A DNA stretch of 64,000 bases. Source: Deltaproteobacteria bacterium (GTDB taxonomy: Bacteria > Myxococcota_A > Polyangia > Fen-1088). The notes beneath the pieces are model-generated. The model saw only the letters and a list, made by a program, of their open reading frames with translations, made no database searches and was not told the origin of the DNA. Both the position numbers and the translations under genes were made by a program. This document shows, in pieces, positions 31,401 to 40,832 of this stretch (position 1 is its first letter; each line of letters starts with the position of its first letter). The stretch covers positions 32,001 through 96,000 of the forward strand of contig JANRKS010000028.1 of NCBI GenBank assembly GCA_033763315.1. Reading direction: 5' to 3'.

Positions 31401-32639
31401 GATGAACTGGTCTTCGCCATTGACCGATAGGCGCCCCAGTTGCGCGGGTGGTTGCATCGACAGGCGCCAACTGCGGGACAGCGTGCCGTTGATGTTGTCG
31501 CGCACGGTGAACGCGGCGCCATCGAAGTCGAGCCATAGCTGCCGCGACAGTGACAACCGATCTGGCAACGGTGGTTCGTTGCCACGCTGATGTTGTACAA
31601 GCTTAAGCGTGGCGCCTGGTTCAACGGCGTAGGTTGGCAGCGCCTTCCACTCATCGGGCAGCGTGGTTTGCTGCGGATCAATCGCAGGCACACCTTCAAT
31701 AGTGACCGAGCGAACCGCGGGAGCCGCTGCAAAAACCCACGCCTCTTCGCCTTCTTTCCATGGACCCTCGGGTGCGGGGCGCACCACGCTCTCAACCTGA
31801 GCCACGTTGCGTGCCACAAGTTCGATCGTCCATTGCCCTGGCCGCACCTGCGTGCGCAAACGCCCATCGGGTTCGATGCGCACCGGCAAGCCGCTGCTGA
31901 GCGACAGCGGCACGAAGCCCTCTGGCAACGCCCGACCCAGCACCAATTCGCGGCTCTTGCCTGACACGGCCAGCGTGACCCGCGTGGTGAGCAACACGGG
32001 CACGCCGTCTTGCAGTTTGCGGTGAACGGTGATGTCAACGCTGTCGCTGTCGTCCTCTGCCACCGCCTTCGCAAAAAACACACGGCCGTCGCCCGTGCGT
32101 TGCGGTGCCGTGAGCGCTTTGCCTTGCACAGTTACCGATACCAACGCCACTTGCTGTGGCACAGCCAACGATTCAGGCAGCGCGTCCCACGCGAAGCGAC
32201 CCGTGACGGAGTGTGTGCCAGCCGCCAGCCGCACAAACGGCACGCCATCGCGTTCCACCACCGCGACTCGCTTGCCATCTACGTTTACATCAAGGGGCCA
32301 ACGTGCGCCCGCTTCATCCTCGGCGCCACCGGGCAAGGCAAAGCTTCCCTGCTCGTAGACTTCGTAGCTTTGGCTGAATTTGCCGCCATTGGCGTCGATG
32401 TGCAGTTGCAATTGCCCTGGCCAACCGCACACCGGCTGCGCGTCTTCGTCCGCCTGCAGTCGCGGGCAAGGTAGGCCTTGCACATCGTGTAACACCCACG
32501 GCACCCACGGTTTCAACGGCGCCGGTACGGCTTCGGGCGATAGCGGCTTGCTGCCCTCGCCCCAAGCAGCGCTGCCTGCCAGCGAAATGGCACCCACAAC
32601 GATCAATCCCCAAGCGTCAGTCTTCCGCGGTTTGTGCAT
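28440..32639 (-). CDS. Large (1399 aa) multi-pass membrane protein of unknown function, internally duplicated
   Basis: Signal peptide, two large beta-rich extracytoplasmic regions each followed by a TM bundle; long uninterrupted ORF. Confidence 0.85.
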   Translation of the reverse strand: MHKPRKTDAWGLIVVGAISLAGSAAWGEGSKPLSPEAVPAPLKPWVPWVLHDVQGLPCPRLQADEDAQPVCGWPGQLQLHIDANGGKFSQSYEVYEQGSFALPGGAEDEAGARWPLDVNVDGKRVAVVERDGVPFVRLAAGTHSVTGRFAWDALPESLAVPQQVALVSVTVQGKALTAPQRTGDGRVFFAKAVAEDDSDSVDITVHRKLQDGVPVLLTTRVTLAVSGKSRELVLGRALPEGFVPLSLSSGLPVRIEPDGRLRTQVRPGQWTIELVARNVAQVESVVRPAPEGPWKEGEEAWVFAAAPAVRSVTIEGVPAIDPQQTTLPDEWKALPTYAVEPGATLKLVQHQRGNEPPLPDRLSLSRQLWLDFDGAAFTVRDNINGTLSRSWRLSMQPPAQLGRLSVNGEDQFITTLGDNKQSGGLWGAEIRVQNARIEADSRVPRTGMTIPAVAWHQDFDSLSGQVHLGPGWKLLFGAGADHVNGSWVQAWSLLDLFLLLIVAVSVQRLYGYRVGAVAFAALLLSLNEGDAPAWVWLAVVIAEALLRLVPPGKLAWVPRVLRLGSWAVWLFIFVPFAAQDLRLALHPAATRSGGWSIPMPGAAPAPAAVQQYAKMQADAPAAEPEEIEESVEGRVVESVGAGAPAANSLHGLYGRKRDSFSKRNAQTTQNLAVWDKSVVVQTGPGIPSWQWDTISFSYNGPVQADQSLSLWLLPPWLTSFLAILRVVLLAALAFLMFKRHRLSLASVAIAMPFILLALVPSRALADEPAPVAPPADVLETLKQRLVRPPTCSPHCATVDELQVDASAQLLKLRFTVSALARAAVALPGQPDGWLPSQVRVNNQAAVALSRDDKGVLWAVVNEGANVIEMQGAFPAKESLSLTLPVIPKFTRARLQGVQLEGLRTDGQASETLQFTRVVAAAESKGKDAAGADGVVPLLLVRREITLGLRWTTHTTVERLGESIAPVLADIPLLPGESVTSAGVVLATNGRAVALNLSPGTASATWDATLSQQLALTLKAPSADRVFVEEWQVAAAPMWHVDVQGIPTLRGEGNTDAQRMWLWRPWPNESVSLAITRPSGVEGQTLTIDNSSATYSPGPRSTQVNLQWQSRTSRGREHVITLPAGAVLSALSINGTSTPVRSSSTQHATQVTLTLVPGANSLVMDWRYPAGHAFAFKPAAVNLGVKSTNASTVVQLRSAGRWVLWTAGPLLGPAVFFWSYLLVLVALGYVLARTKLSPLSMLDWALLGLGLVQVGLPAVAFVSGFFLLLGWRLRIRRPARAWAYNFTQLTFVLWTGIAAVLVFAAIRAGLLESPDMQVMGNGSDETLLRWYSDQALATLPQPLVISVPLFVYRIAMMAWALWLALALLRWSRWVWAAFLSQGLWKPMRKAKVVPKVEDGA

Positions 32640-32812
32640 GACCCGCGGTTAGTGTCTGCTTAGACTGGCCGGGCGGAAAGAAAAAACCAGAACGAGCGGT
32701 CTAAGCCCGAGCAGATTTGACGCCGGGCCTATGAGCCCGGTCCTTAGGATCGTCGCCCTCCAACGGCATCTGCTGCCCGTTCGAGAGCGCGGTCGCCCAG
32801 CAATCCTAGGGT

Positions 32813-33745
32813 TCAGTAAGCAATCAGCCGGACGCGGCGAAAGCGAATACCGATGAGCGCCGACGGACTATATCCATCCCGCCCCAACGCCACGTACCGC
32901 ACCTCATCAATTGGCAACGCTGGCGAACAAATGGTCGTTGGGCATCGGTGTACGCGGTCTTTGGGGTGATGAACGATGGCTACGCCTTCCTTCCATTCAA
33001 GGCGCACCGTCATCTCGCCGCTGTCGTTCGTGATCCAGGCAGCCCGATCCGCAGCGCTTTCTGCGGCAGGTGGGATCCTAAACCACTCCTTCGCGTCCAC
33101 GGCTTTTCCGTAGGCCTTGGGCATGGAGAAGCCGTACTGCTCCTCACCCGTTCGAAGAAAGAACAAGTCGCCGCCGGACCGCTGGTGAAGATCCGCCGCC
33201 TCGAACACACCTATCCAATCGAGCTTGCCGCCTTGGGTCCAGGGCGTACCCTTCATCGTGAAAGTGGCCTCGATGAAGCCGGCGGCAATGGTTTGCCCTG
33301 CGTCGATCACTAGCTGATCACCAGCGGCCACGGTTCGCCAACCTTCTTGCCAAACGCCTCCGGTCACTTTCACAAGGACGCCATTGCCAGGTGACGTGGG
33401 CGCGCCGGATTTAAAGTCAAAGTCGAAGATGACTCGCCCTACACCTGGCACCATGGGCGTTGCCGCATCCGCCACAGCGCCGCCATCGGCCGGGCTCGTG
33501 CCGCCGCTGCTAGCGATAGCAGCATCATGAGGCCCCCCACCAGTGCCCCCTGACGCGCCACCTAGCGATGTAGACGAAGCCTTGCCCGCCGCGCCACCCG
33601 TGCTGCCACGGACACCAGCCCCACCTTGGTCCGAGGCATCTATGACGTCCTCGTCATCCACGTCAGTTTGGGCGTTCTTCGGTGACGTGCATCCGAGCGC
33701 AAACGCAAGGACCATCCACCATACATGGCTGCCGTGCGCGTTCAT
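32813..33745 (-). CDS. Hypothetical lipoprotein (Gly/Ala linker + beta-rich domain)
   Basis: Lipobox ALGC; low-complexity linker; ATGA overlap with upstream glycoside hydrolase-like gene. Confidence 0.75.
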   Translation of the reverse strand: MNAHGSHVWWMVLAFALGCTSPKNAQTDVDDEDVIDASDQGGAGVRGSTGGAAGKASSTSLGGASGGTGGGPHDAAIASSGGTSPADGGAVADAATPMVPGVGRVIFDFDFKSGAPTSPGNGVLVKVTGGVWQEGWRTVAAGDQLVIDAGQTIAAGFIEATFTMKGTPWTQGGKLDWIGVFEAADLHQRSGGDLFFLRTGEEQYGFSMPKAYGKAVDAKEWFRIPPAAESAADRAAWITNDSGEMTVRLEWKEGVAIVHHPKDRVHRCPTTICSPALPIDEVRYVALGRDGYSPSALIGIRFRRVRLIAY

Positions 33746-35193
33746 CGGCAAAACCTTCCCGCAGCCAGGGCCCAGTCGGACATGCGAGGTGCATCGAAGA
33801 TATATGCCCCGGGTTCTTTGACGCCCAAATCAATCTCCTGGTACGGCGTCGTCGCGTCTACCGCAATGACTTGCTTGGCGGCGCCCACCACGCTGTACTG
33901 CACCTGCTTTGTGGCTTGTGCGAAGTAGATTGCATGCGTGTCGCTCTGTTTGAGGGCAAAGCCACCTGTCACGAGGGTGTTGTCGGGCACCATATCTTTG
34001 AAGAAGCGGCCTCGCCAAAACTCTGCGTATGTGCGCAAAGCTGCTTTGTTGGGATAGGCGCGTGATGTACCAGTTTCCGATCCAAGGTAGCCGTAGATGC
34101 CAGCGACGCCGCCGGCCAACGACGCCAGCCACAATGTCACCCGGGTCTCTTCTGCGGTGAGATCTTTGTCGCGCCCGCGCACGCGAAAGCGATCTTCGGA
34201 GAAACTAGGTTTTTCGGGTTGATGCTGCATCAGCCGTCGGAACAGGGCGTAATCGGGTTTGTGGTTCTCGTAACTGCTGTAGTCGAGCCCACCGTAGATC
34301 TGATTGACTTCGAGTTTCTGTGCTCTGGCCCCGAGCAGGTGCATGAACTTTGGCTTGGCATGCATGTAGTCGTGCCAGCGCTTGAGGAGATCGGCATCTA
34401 CCCATTCGTGCAAGTCGAAGCCGTAACCCATGGACCACCCGGGTATTTCGTTTAGCTCGCTGTAGATTTTGTCGAGTAAGGCTTTTTCTTCTGGTCCCAT
34501 GGCCCCACCTGCCAAGCTGCGGCTGGTTTGGCCACGCTGCTCGTCCCCCCACAACCAAAGGTGCGTGGCGCCGCCCTTCGCATGAACGGCTTGGAGGATC
34601 ATCTTGAGGGCAGCGAAGGTTCTAGTGTCAGGTGTCCTATCTGACGCCGACACAGTGTAGTTTCCAATGTGGAACCACTGACCCAACACCACCACATGGA
34701 CGCCGTTGAATCCGTGGCCATCGAACATCTCAGTAAGGAATGCATCGAGTGAAGACTGTGTGATCTTGCTAAGGTCGGTTCCGTCGTTATCGCCAAGCAT
34801 AACGAAGGCGGGCGTAAAGGTTTCACCGGAGCCCAGCCACATGAATTTGTCGCGGTACTTACCCAGGTGCCCGCGTGATGAATGAGGCGGGCAGGCCCCA
34901 CCGCCGCCAGATGCTCCACCGGGCGGTGGCGCACTTGCGCCGGCTCCGCCCGTGGCTGCCACGGCTCCGCCTGATGCCGTGATGCCACCACCACGGCCTC
35001 CAACGTCGCTTTGTACTCCTGCTGCACCGCCTGGGTTGGCAGGGCCTCCGTCGGCGGCGTTAGACGCTTCGTCTTGGCCGCCCGCCCCGGCGAAGGAAGG
35101 TTGCTCCTCGGGTGTGCCGCTTTGCCGCCCGGCGCAAGCAACGAAGAGAAAGAGCATTAGGCAAACGCGCGGCGAAGGGGCACCGGACTTCAT
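33742..35193 (-). CDS. Lipoprotein with putative glycoside hydrolase TIM-barrel (DUF4038/DUF5060-like)
   Basis: Lipobox FVAC, Gly-rich linker, then HGFNGVH...HLWLWGD...GFDLHEW...FSEDRFR...W...LAGG and a DWAL C-terminal beta domain; family call by resemblance only. Confidence 0.6.
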   Translation of the reverse strand: MKSGAPSPRVCLMLFLFVACAGRQSGTPEEQPSFAGAGGQDEASNAADGGPANPGGAAGVQSDVGGRGGGITASGGAVAATGGAGASAPPPGGASGGGGACPPHSSRGHLGKYRDKFMWLGSGETFTPAFVMLGDNDGTDLSKITQSSLDAFLTEMFDGHGFNGVHVVVLGQWFHIGNYTVSASDRTPDTRTFAALKMILQAVHAKGGATHLWLWGDEQRGQTSRSLAGGAMGPEEKALLDKIYSELNEIPGWSMGYGFDLHEWVDADLLKRWHDYMHAKPKFMHLLGARAQKLEVNQIYGGLDYSSYENHKPDYALFRRLMQHQPEKPSFSEDRFRVRGRDKDLTAEETRVTLWLASLAGGVAGIYGYLGSETGTSRAYPNKAALRTYAEFWRGRFFKDMVPDNTLVTGGFALKQSDTHAIYFAQATKQVQYSVVGAAKQVIAVDATTPYQEIDLGVKEPGAYIFDAPRMSDWALAAGRFCR

Positions 35194-35236
35194 GGTCCAG
35201 CAACGCTACGTTGTTGCAATGGCAAAAACAAGCTAA

Positions 35237-35248
35237 ATAATCGATTAG
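35237..35248. promoter_or_regulatory. Palindromic operator, LacI-type (ATAATCGATTAG), site 1
   Basis: TAATCGATTA perfect palindrome (35238-35247) in the divergent gap between the GH-like gene and DUF1592 copy 1; recurs at 46297, 52206 and 53120. Confidence 0.7.
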
Positions 35249-35343
35249 CTGAGCGAGCTTTCGTCAGGTCAATCTTGAACGCGTCATCGGTTGAGACCTG
35301 ATTGAAACATTTTCTGATCCAGCGACACCAACGATGACTGGAT

Positions 35344-37083
35344 GTGCCAATGCCAATGAAGTTCTTGGATGGAGTCCTCAAGCTGCGAATCGGGATCCTA
35401 AGCTGCGTAGCTGCGTGCGGTGGAGTAATTCCCAACGGGTATACCGAAGATGACGCTCCGACCGCATCAGGCGGAGACCGAGGCGGCGAAGGCAGCGCGG
35501 GGGGGGCGAGCCCCGCTCCTGCCTCTGGAGGCCTATTTACCTGCGAACGCGGAAGCGTTGCGGCCACGCCGAAGCGCATTTGGCGATTGTCACCGCAGCA
35601 GTACAGCAATACCGTCGAAACTCTGTGGGGGGGCCGTGACCGCCCCACCAAAGCGAACGTCGAGCGGCCCTCTCCCTTCGATGACGAGCCAGTCGTCGAC
35701 CGCTTTTCCACCTTCTCGCGGGCTCACCTGATTAGCGACTTGGCGTTCGGGCGTGTACTGGATTCTGCGTCACGGGTAGCGAATGAGTATGTTCGTTATT
35801 TGCATGCGCAACACCGCAGCTGCCCGACCAACGACAACGTCTGCGCCTTTGCCGTGGTGCAAGAGGCCGCAGAGAAACTGTTTCGCCGCCCGTTGCAGCC
35901 CGTAGAGGACGACCAGTATAAGAAGCTTCTCACCGAAGGACGCGCGCTGTTGGGCGATGAGCAGGGGCTGGCGCTGGTGATCGAAAGCCTTTTGTTGGCG
36001 CCCTCGTTCCTTTACCGGGTGGAACTTGGCCGAGACGAGCTCGACGATACCGGACGCACCCGCCTATCGTCGTATGAAATTGCGTCTGCGATTTCCTATA
36101 GCCTCACGGACGCACCGCCCGACGAGGCGTTGTGGAAGGCGGCGCAAGCCAACGCCTTATCGACCGCGGATGACATTCGCGCGCAGGTGCAAAGGCTAGC
36201 CAGCCTACCAGCGCACCGAAACACCGTAATGCTTTTCCTAAAGGAATACTTTCGCCACAGCATGGCCCAAGACGTGTTCAAGGACGACAAGCAAGTGCCT
36301 TTTCACGATGCGGCCCTGCTCATTGATGACACCGATCGCTGGCTTGCTGAGGTGTACGAGCAGACGGGGCGAGACCAATTTTTAAAGGGTCTTTTGACAT
36401 TTGATCAGGTGGTGGTGCGAGGCAAAACGGCACCCAATTACAATCTTGAAAAGGAGATCGCCGCAGACGCGGCCCCCAAGCTGGTGAGAGCGCCCGACAA
36501 CCAGCGCGTGGGCATGCTTGCGCAACCTAGTTTCCTGACAGCACTGTCCCACAGCGAAGCGACGGATCCCGTACGACGCGGCCGTTTCGTGGCTGAAAAC
36601 CTGTTGTGCGTAGACATACCAGAGTTGCCAATTGGGCTTGTCCCTGAGTTACCCGAAGCAACGGCGGAATCAACGCTCCGCGACCGATTGAAACAACACG
36701 TGGAGGATGATTCCTGCAAGGCTTGCCACAAATTGATGGATCCCATCGGGCTCGGGTTCGAAGGATACGATCACGTAGGCCGCATTCGCGCAACCGAGGG
36801 AGGAAAGCCCGTAAACACCCAGGGCGTCCTGGTAGGCGCCGACGTGCAGGAGGAGCCGTTCGAAGGCGTAGCGCAGCTGGCACAAAAATTGGGAGACAGC
36901 TCGTTGGTGAGCCAGTGCTTTGTGCGGCACGGGTTTTCTTACTGGTTAGGTCGAGCGACGGAGGACAGCGATGGCTGTGCCTTGCAGGCAGTTCACGACG
37001 CGTTCGTCAAGTCGGGGCAAGACCACGTGGCTTTGCTAACGAGCCTGTTTTCATCTGAACCGTTTTTACTTCGGAGGCCATAA
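35344..37083 (+). CDS. DUF1592/DUF1588-family (PSD/PSCyt3) lipoprotein with c-type haem motif, copy 1
   Basis: Lipobox VAAC; WRLSPQQYSNTV, LFRRPL, PSFLYRVE, YEIASAISY..PPD, TDPVRRG, CKACH..MDPIGLGFEGYD. Confidence 0.9.
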   Translation: MPMPMKFLDGVLKLRIGILSCVAACGGVIPNGYTEDDAPTASGGDRGGEGSAGGASPAPASGGLFTCERGSVAATPKRIWRLSPQQYSNTVETLWGGRDRPTKANVERPSPFDDEPVVDRFSTFSRAHLISDLAFGRVLDSASRVANEYVRYLHAQHRSCPTNDNVCAFAVVQEAAEKLFRRPLQPVEDDQYKKLLTEGRALLGDEQGLALVIESLLLAPSFLYRVELGRDELDDTGRTRLSSYEIASAISYSLTDAPPDEALWKAAQANALSTADDIRAQVQRLASLPAHRNTVMLFLKEYFRHSMAQDVFKDDKQVPFHDAALLIDDTDRWLAEVYEQTGRDQFLKGLLTFDQVVVRGKTAPNYNLEKEIAADAAPKLVRAPDNQRVGMLAQPSFLTALSHSEATDPVRRGRFVAENLLCVDIPELPIGLVPELPEATAESTLRDRLKQHVEDDSCKACHKLMDPIGLGFEGYDHVGRIRATEGGKPVNTQGVLVGADVQEEPFEGVAQLAQKLGDSSLVSQCFVRHGFSYWLGRATEDSDGCALQAVHDAFVKSGQDHVALLTSLFSSEPFLLRRP

Positions 37084-37086
37084 GCA

Positions 37087-38553
37087 ATGTCAAAACCGAA
37101 ACCGCTTGGTTCATCCGTGGTTCGCTGTGCACCGTTTACGCGACGGTCTTTACTGGAACGGCTGGGCTTTGGTGCCGGCGCCGCGTTGTTGGCGCCAATC
37201 ACGCAGTCGTTGTTGTCACAGGCGCAAGGCGCCACGCAAACACGCAAATGCGCCGTGTTCGCGCTGTGCGGAAATGGCTTGCACGCGACGTGGAACTTCC
37301 TGCCCCAGGAGTTCAATAAGTATGAGGCCACCGAGAAGTACTTCAACACCAAGTGGGACATGCGCCTGCCCGGAACCACCACCTACACGCTGCCGACGTT
37401 CTTGGAACCGGTGAAGCGGTGGCGGGATCGCATGCTATTGATCGATGGGTTAGAGAACAAAATCCCACGTTCTCAACACTCCGCTGGATACGGCGCCCTT
37501 TCTTGCACCGCTTCGCCCAACGACGCCGCGGCTGAAGCAGGCGGCCCACCTGGTGGTATCACCATCGATCAGCACATCGCACAAGGCATCGGCAAGAACA
37601 CAGCGCACAAGTCAATCCTGTTTGGATTTAACAAATATAAAGAGACGAACACGATCTTTGCCTCAGGGCGCGACAAGCCACAGCCCAACTTTGTGAATCC
37701 GAACGAAATGTTCAAAACTCTGTTCGGTTCGATCACCGGGGGCGAGGGGCTGCAAAAGGCCAACGCGCGTCAGCGTCTTTTGTTGGACGCGATGAAGGCG
37801 GACATCGCGCGCCTGCAGCGCGAGCTGGCTCCCGAGGAGAAACGCAAGCTTGAGGTGCATCTTGCGGCTGTAGAGGACTTCGAGCGACAACAGGCCTCGC
37901 TCCTAAACTTGAAATGCGATGCACCTATAGCGCCGGCAGTCGACATCAACGCAAAGGTTTCGGTGCCGGAAGATATTTTGGAATCCATGTGGTCGATGGC
38001 CACCCTGGCGCTGGCTTGCGGTATGACCAACGTGGTGGGCATGGCGTGCAACACAGGTATGTCGCACCAGAGGTTCGTTCCCTTCCGGCGCATACACGTG
38101 GGAACACAATTTGAGGCGGGCGGTTCAGTTCCAGGTCACGGCCACGAGGGCCGTTCGCTCCAAAAGCCTGCCATGGATCTCATCCATGGTTTCAACATCG
38201 GCTTGATCGCAAAAATGATCGGCATACTTTCGTTGATCAAGGAGGGTGATCGAACCATTTGGGACAATATGGTTGCGGTTTACACCAGCGACAACGGAGA
38301 GGCCCACCATAACAGCGGCGTACGATGGCCTATCGTGGTGTTGGGGAATGCTGGCGGCGCATTGAAGTCGGACGGGCGATACCTTGCTTATCCCTCTCGC
38401 GGCACGAAGGTGGAGGCCGAGAAGGGGAAATGGCGACCACTCGCCGACCTTTACAGCACTCTCGCTACGGCGGTAGGCGTGCCCACGACGGCTTTCGGAA
38501 CCGGCGGTGTTTATCAGACGGTCAAGGGGCCGCTACCTGAAGTTCTTGCGTGA
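37087..38553 (+). CDS. DUF1552 (HXXSHH) family Tat-exported protein, copy 1
   Basis: TRRSLL Tat motif; TIDQ.IA, NP...F..LF, E..KLE.HL..V..FE, ALACGMTNV, TSDNGEAHH, GNAGG.LK. Confidence 0.9.
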   Translation: MSKPKPLGSSVVRCAPFTRRSLLERLGFGAGAALLAPITQSLLSQAQGATQTRKCAVFALCGNGLHATWNFLPQEFNKYEATEKYFNTKWDMRLPGTTTYTLPTFLEPVKRWRDRMLLIDGLENKIPRSQHSAGYGALSCTASPNDAAAEAGGPPGGITIDQHIAQGIGKNTAHKSILFGFNKYKETNTIFASGRDKPQPNFVNPNEMFKTLFGSITGGEGLQKANARQRLLLDAMKADIARLQRELAPEEKRKLEVHLAAVEDFERQQASLLNLKCDAPIAPAVDINAKVSVPEDILESMWSMATLALACGMTNVVGMACNTGMSHQRFVPFRRIHVGTQFEAGGSVPGHGHEGRSLQKPAMDLIHGFNIGLIAKMIGILSLIKEGDRTIWDNMVAVYTSDNGEAHHNSGVRWPIVVLGNAGGALKSDGRYLAYPSRGTKVEAEKGKWRPLADLYSTLATAVGVPTTAFGTGGVYQTVKGPLPEVLA

Positions 38554-38619
38554 GTCCACAGGCGCTGCAGGTGGTGACCACGGTGCCACCACCTACAAAT
38601 TTCATAGGTGCTGGCGGCG

Positions 38620-40044
38620 TCAGCGTTGGATAGTCCCACAGGTTTGGCCCGCCGCCTGTACAACGGCACCCGCCGTCGGCTCGACCGCAATCTGATACAT
38701 CCCATCTGGAACGTCTTGCCACTGCATGCCCTGCGCGCACGGCGAACGATTGTTGCTCCAGGAGTTGCCGACGGCGACAACGGAGAGCGTTGGATTCCCG
38801 GTGGACCCTGGCGACATGAGCGCGAGATCCACTTTCGCATCAATGCCGATCGAGAACACATTGCCGCCCGGCGCGCTTTCGGTGCCGAGGTCATAGGCTG
38901 TTCCCGAGATAGGATCGATGAGCAAGCCAGCTCTCCTCTGCGCCTTGAAGCTTGAAGCACGCATCACCAACCCGCGAGAGAACGCTGCACCGAAAACTCC
39001 GTCAACGATGGTGGCTCCCGTCATTTGCGTCGGGCTGTCGCTGCGAATGCCGGTGCTATTTGCCGTCGCTGAGAGATCGATGCGGGCACGTTCGATGATG
39101 AGTTCGCCCGCGCCGCCTTTGTTGATTCCGACCGCCCACTTTTGCGCGTCTTCGGCGGCGTAAGCGAACGTGATAATCGTATCACGGATGAATGTTGTGG
39201 TGATTTGTCCACTGAGGTTGTCCTGCTTGACGTTGACCGCAGGGGCATCGCTGCCAAGCCCCGGATCTGGGCCGATCTTCGCTACACCAACTGTCAGGTT
39301 TGCGGCGTCCAAACGCACGAGGTCGTTCGCGTTGATCGCGGGCGTCACAACCGCGTTGAAAGTAGACTGCGTGATGGTCACCGAGGCAAGGGTCCCAAGG
39401 TTAACACCGCGACCGATGCCCTTGCCGTCGACGACGAGTTTCTGGGCCTCGAACGTCCCCAGCGAGGTTCGACTGGCGTCGCGGTCGCCCCCTGCAGACA
39501 ATGCCCAGGCATTAGGCTGAGCTGGACTCAACGAAACGTCCGAGAATACAACTGTGTGGCTGCCGCCGCGCATATCGAGCCTCACTGCCGCGCAGTTCTG
39601 GCAAGGGACTGTCCCCATCCGGTCAATGGAGAGACCACTGATCTGTTTTGAGCCCCAGATCTGCAAGACGGCCGGACTCGCGCCGGTCTCGTCAAGCAGC
39701 GTGGTCACCCCCGCGCCGGCGCCACGAATCGACTTGTGCCGATCACTATCCAGATTCAGCGGGAATGTTTCGCCGCCTGCCACGCTATAAAGGCCTGGGG
39801 CGACGACGATGTCAGCGCCTCCGCGCGCGAAATTAAGCGCATGGGTGATCGTTCGGAAGGCACTGGTCGGCGAACGACCGCTGTCCGAATTGTTGCCCGC
39901 GGTGGCGTCGACATAGAAAATGCCGCCCGAGTTATCTTCGCCGCAAGCGACGAGGTGAGCGCCGCCTGCCATCACCAACACCAACAGGGCCAGTGCGCGT
40001 TGAGCCAACGCTGATGCAGTGTTTTTGGATCCTAGATGATTCAT
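38620..40044 (-). CDS. DUF1565-like parallel beta-helix lipoprotein
   Basis: Lipobox LVAC; FYVDATAGNNSDSGRSPTSAFRTITHAL...VAPGLYS...GETFPL; GTESAPGGNVF...GNSW. Confidence 0.8.
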   Translation of the reverse strand: MNHLGSKNTASALAQRALALLVLVMAGGAHLVACGEDNSGGIFYVDATAGNNSDSGRSPTSAFRTITHALNFARGGADIVVAPGLYSVAGGETFPLNLDSDRHKSIRGAGAGVTTLLDETGASPAVLQIWGSKQISGLSIDRMGTVPCQNCAAVRLDMRGGSHTVVFSDVSLSPAQPNAWALSAGGDRDASRTSLGTFEAQKLVVDGKGIGRGVNLGTLASVTITQSTFNAVVTPAINANDLVRLDAANLTVGVAKIGPDPGLGSDAPAVNVKQDNLSGQITTTFIRDTIITFAYAAEDAQKWAVGINKGGAGELIIERARIDLSATANSTGIRSDSPTQMTGATIVDGVFGAAFSRGLVMRASSFKAQRRAGLLIDPISGTAYDLGTESAPGGNVFSIGIDAKVDLALMSPGSTGNPTLSVVAVGNSWSNNRSPCAQGMQWQDVPDGMYQIAVEPTAGAVVQAAGQTCGTIQR

Positions 40045-40079
40045 GACAATCACTTTGCAAACTTGGTGCGCAAACTCGC

Positions 40080-40832
40080 TTAGTAGACGTCCGGAGGCAG
40101 ACGTTGCGCCTGGACGCCATTCATACACGCGGGAAGCTCACCGCAATCCTTCCGCGCACAGGCCTCAAATTCGGGCAGAAATGCCGGTTGAAGATACCCG
40201 GCGAGAAACCAACAGCTCTCGTCAACAAGCCGAAAATCAGGTTCGGTCTCCCCGCAGGCTCGCACCTTGTCCACGCAGGTCTTAACGGCACCGTACCAAG
40301 GTGGATTCGCGCACGCATCCGGTTCTGCACTGTTGAAACACGCGCCGATCTCGGCTGCGTTGGCGTACTTGCCATCGAGCACGTCTGCAAGGGCGATGTA
40401 GGAGCAGCCCTCAATCAGGGCCCCGCCGCTCTCGCTTTCTTTCAAGGCTTCGCAAATCAGCCGCGGCGGCGTCGCCAAATAGCAACGTTCCAAGGCCGGT
40501 CGCAGCGCAGGGTTGACGCTTGGAAGCGCGGCCTTGGTGAGCTGCTGTTGGCACGCGGCCTCGAACTCGGCCACAGCTGTGGCTGCAGCGCTGGGGTTGC
40601 AAGCCTTGAAGCCTTGCGCCGCTCGCATGCAGGCCAGCGGATCGGCTTGGGCCGCGTCGGGCACCTGCGCGGCATCACCAACCGCGGCGTCTGTCGCCAT
40701 GGTAACGGCGGCGTCAGCTGCGGCATCCGGCCCACGCGCTGCAGGGGATTTGTCATCGTCGCAACCAAGCAGCACGGCGGCCGCGCTGAAGGCCGAGACA
40801 GTGAAGAGGGCAAGTGTTTTGTGGGCGTTCAT
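40080..40832 (-). CDS. Cys-rich lipoprotein A (paralogue of 41088-41750)
   Basis: Lipobox LLGC; AAGGA RBS; Cys spacing shared with the divergent neighbour. Confidence 0.8.
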   Translation of the reverse strand: MNAHKTLALFTVSAFSAAAVLLGCDDDKSPAARGPDAAADAAVTMATDAAVGDAAQVPDAAQADPLACMRAAQGFKACNPSAAATAVAEFEAACQQQLTKAALPSVNPALRPALERCYLATPPRLICEALKESESGGALIEGCSYIALADVLDGKYANAAEIGACFNSAEPDACANPPWYGAVKTCVDKVRACGETEPDFRLVDESCWFLAGYLQPAFLPEFEACARKDCGELPACMNGVQAQRLPPDVY

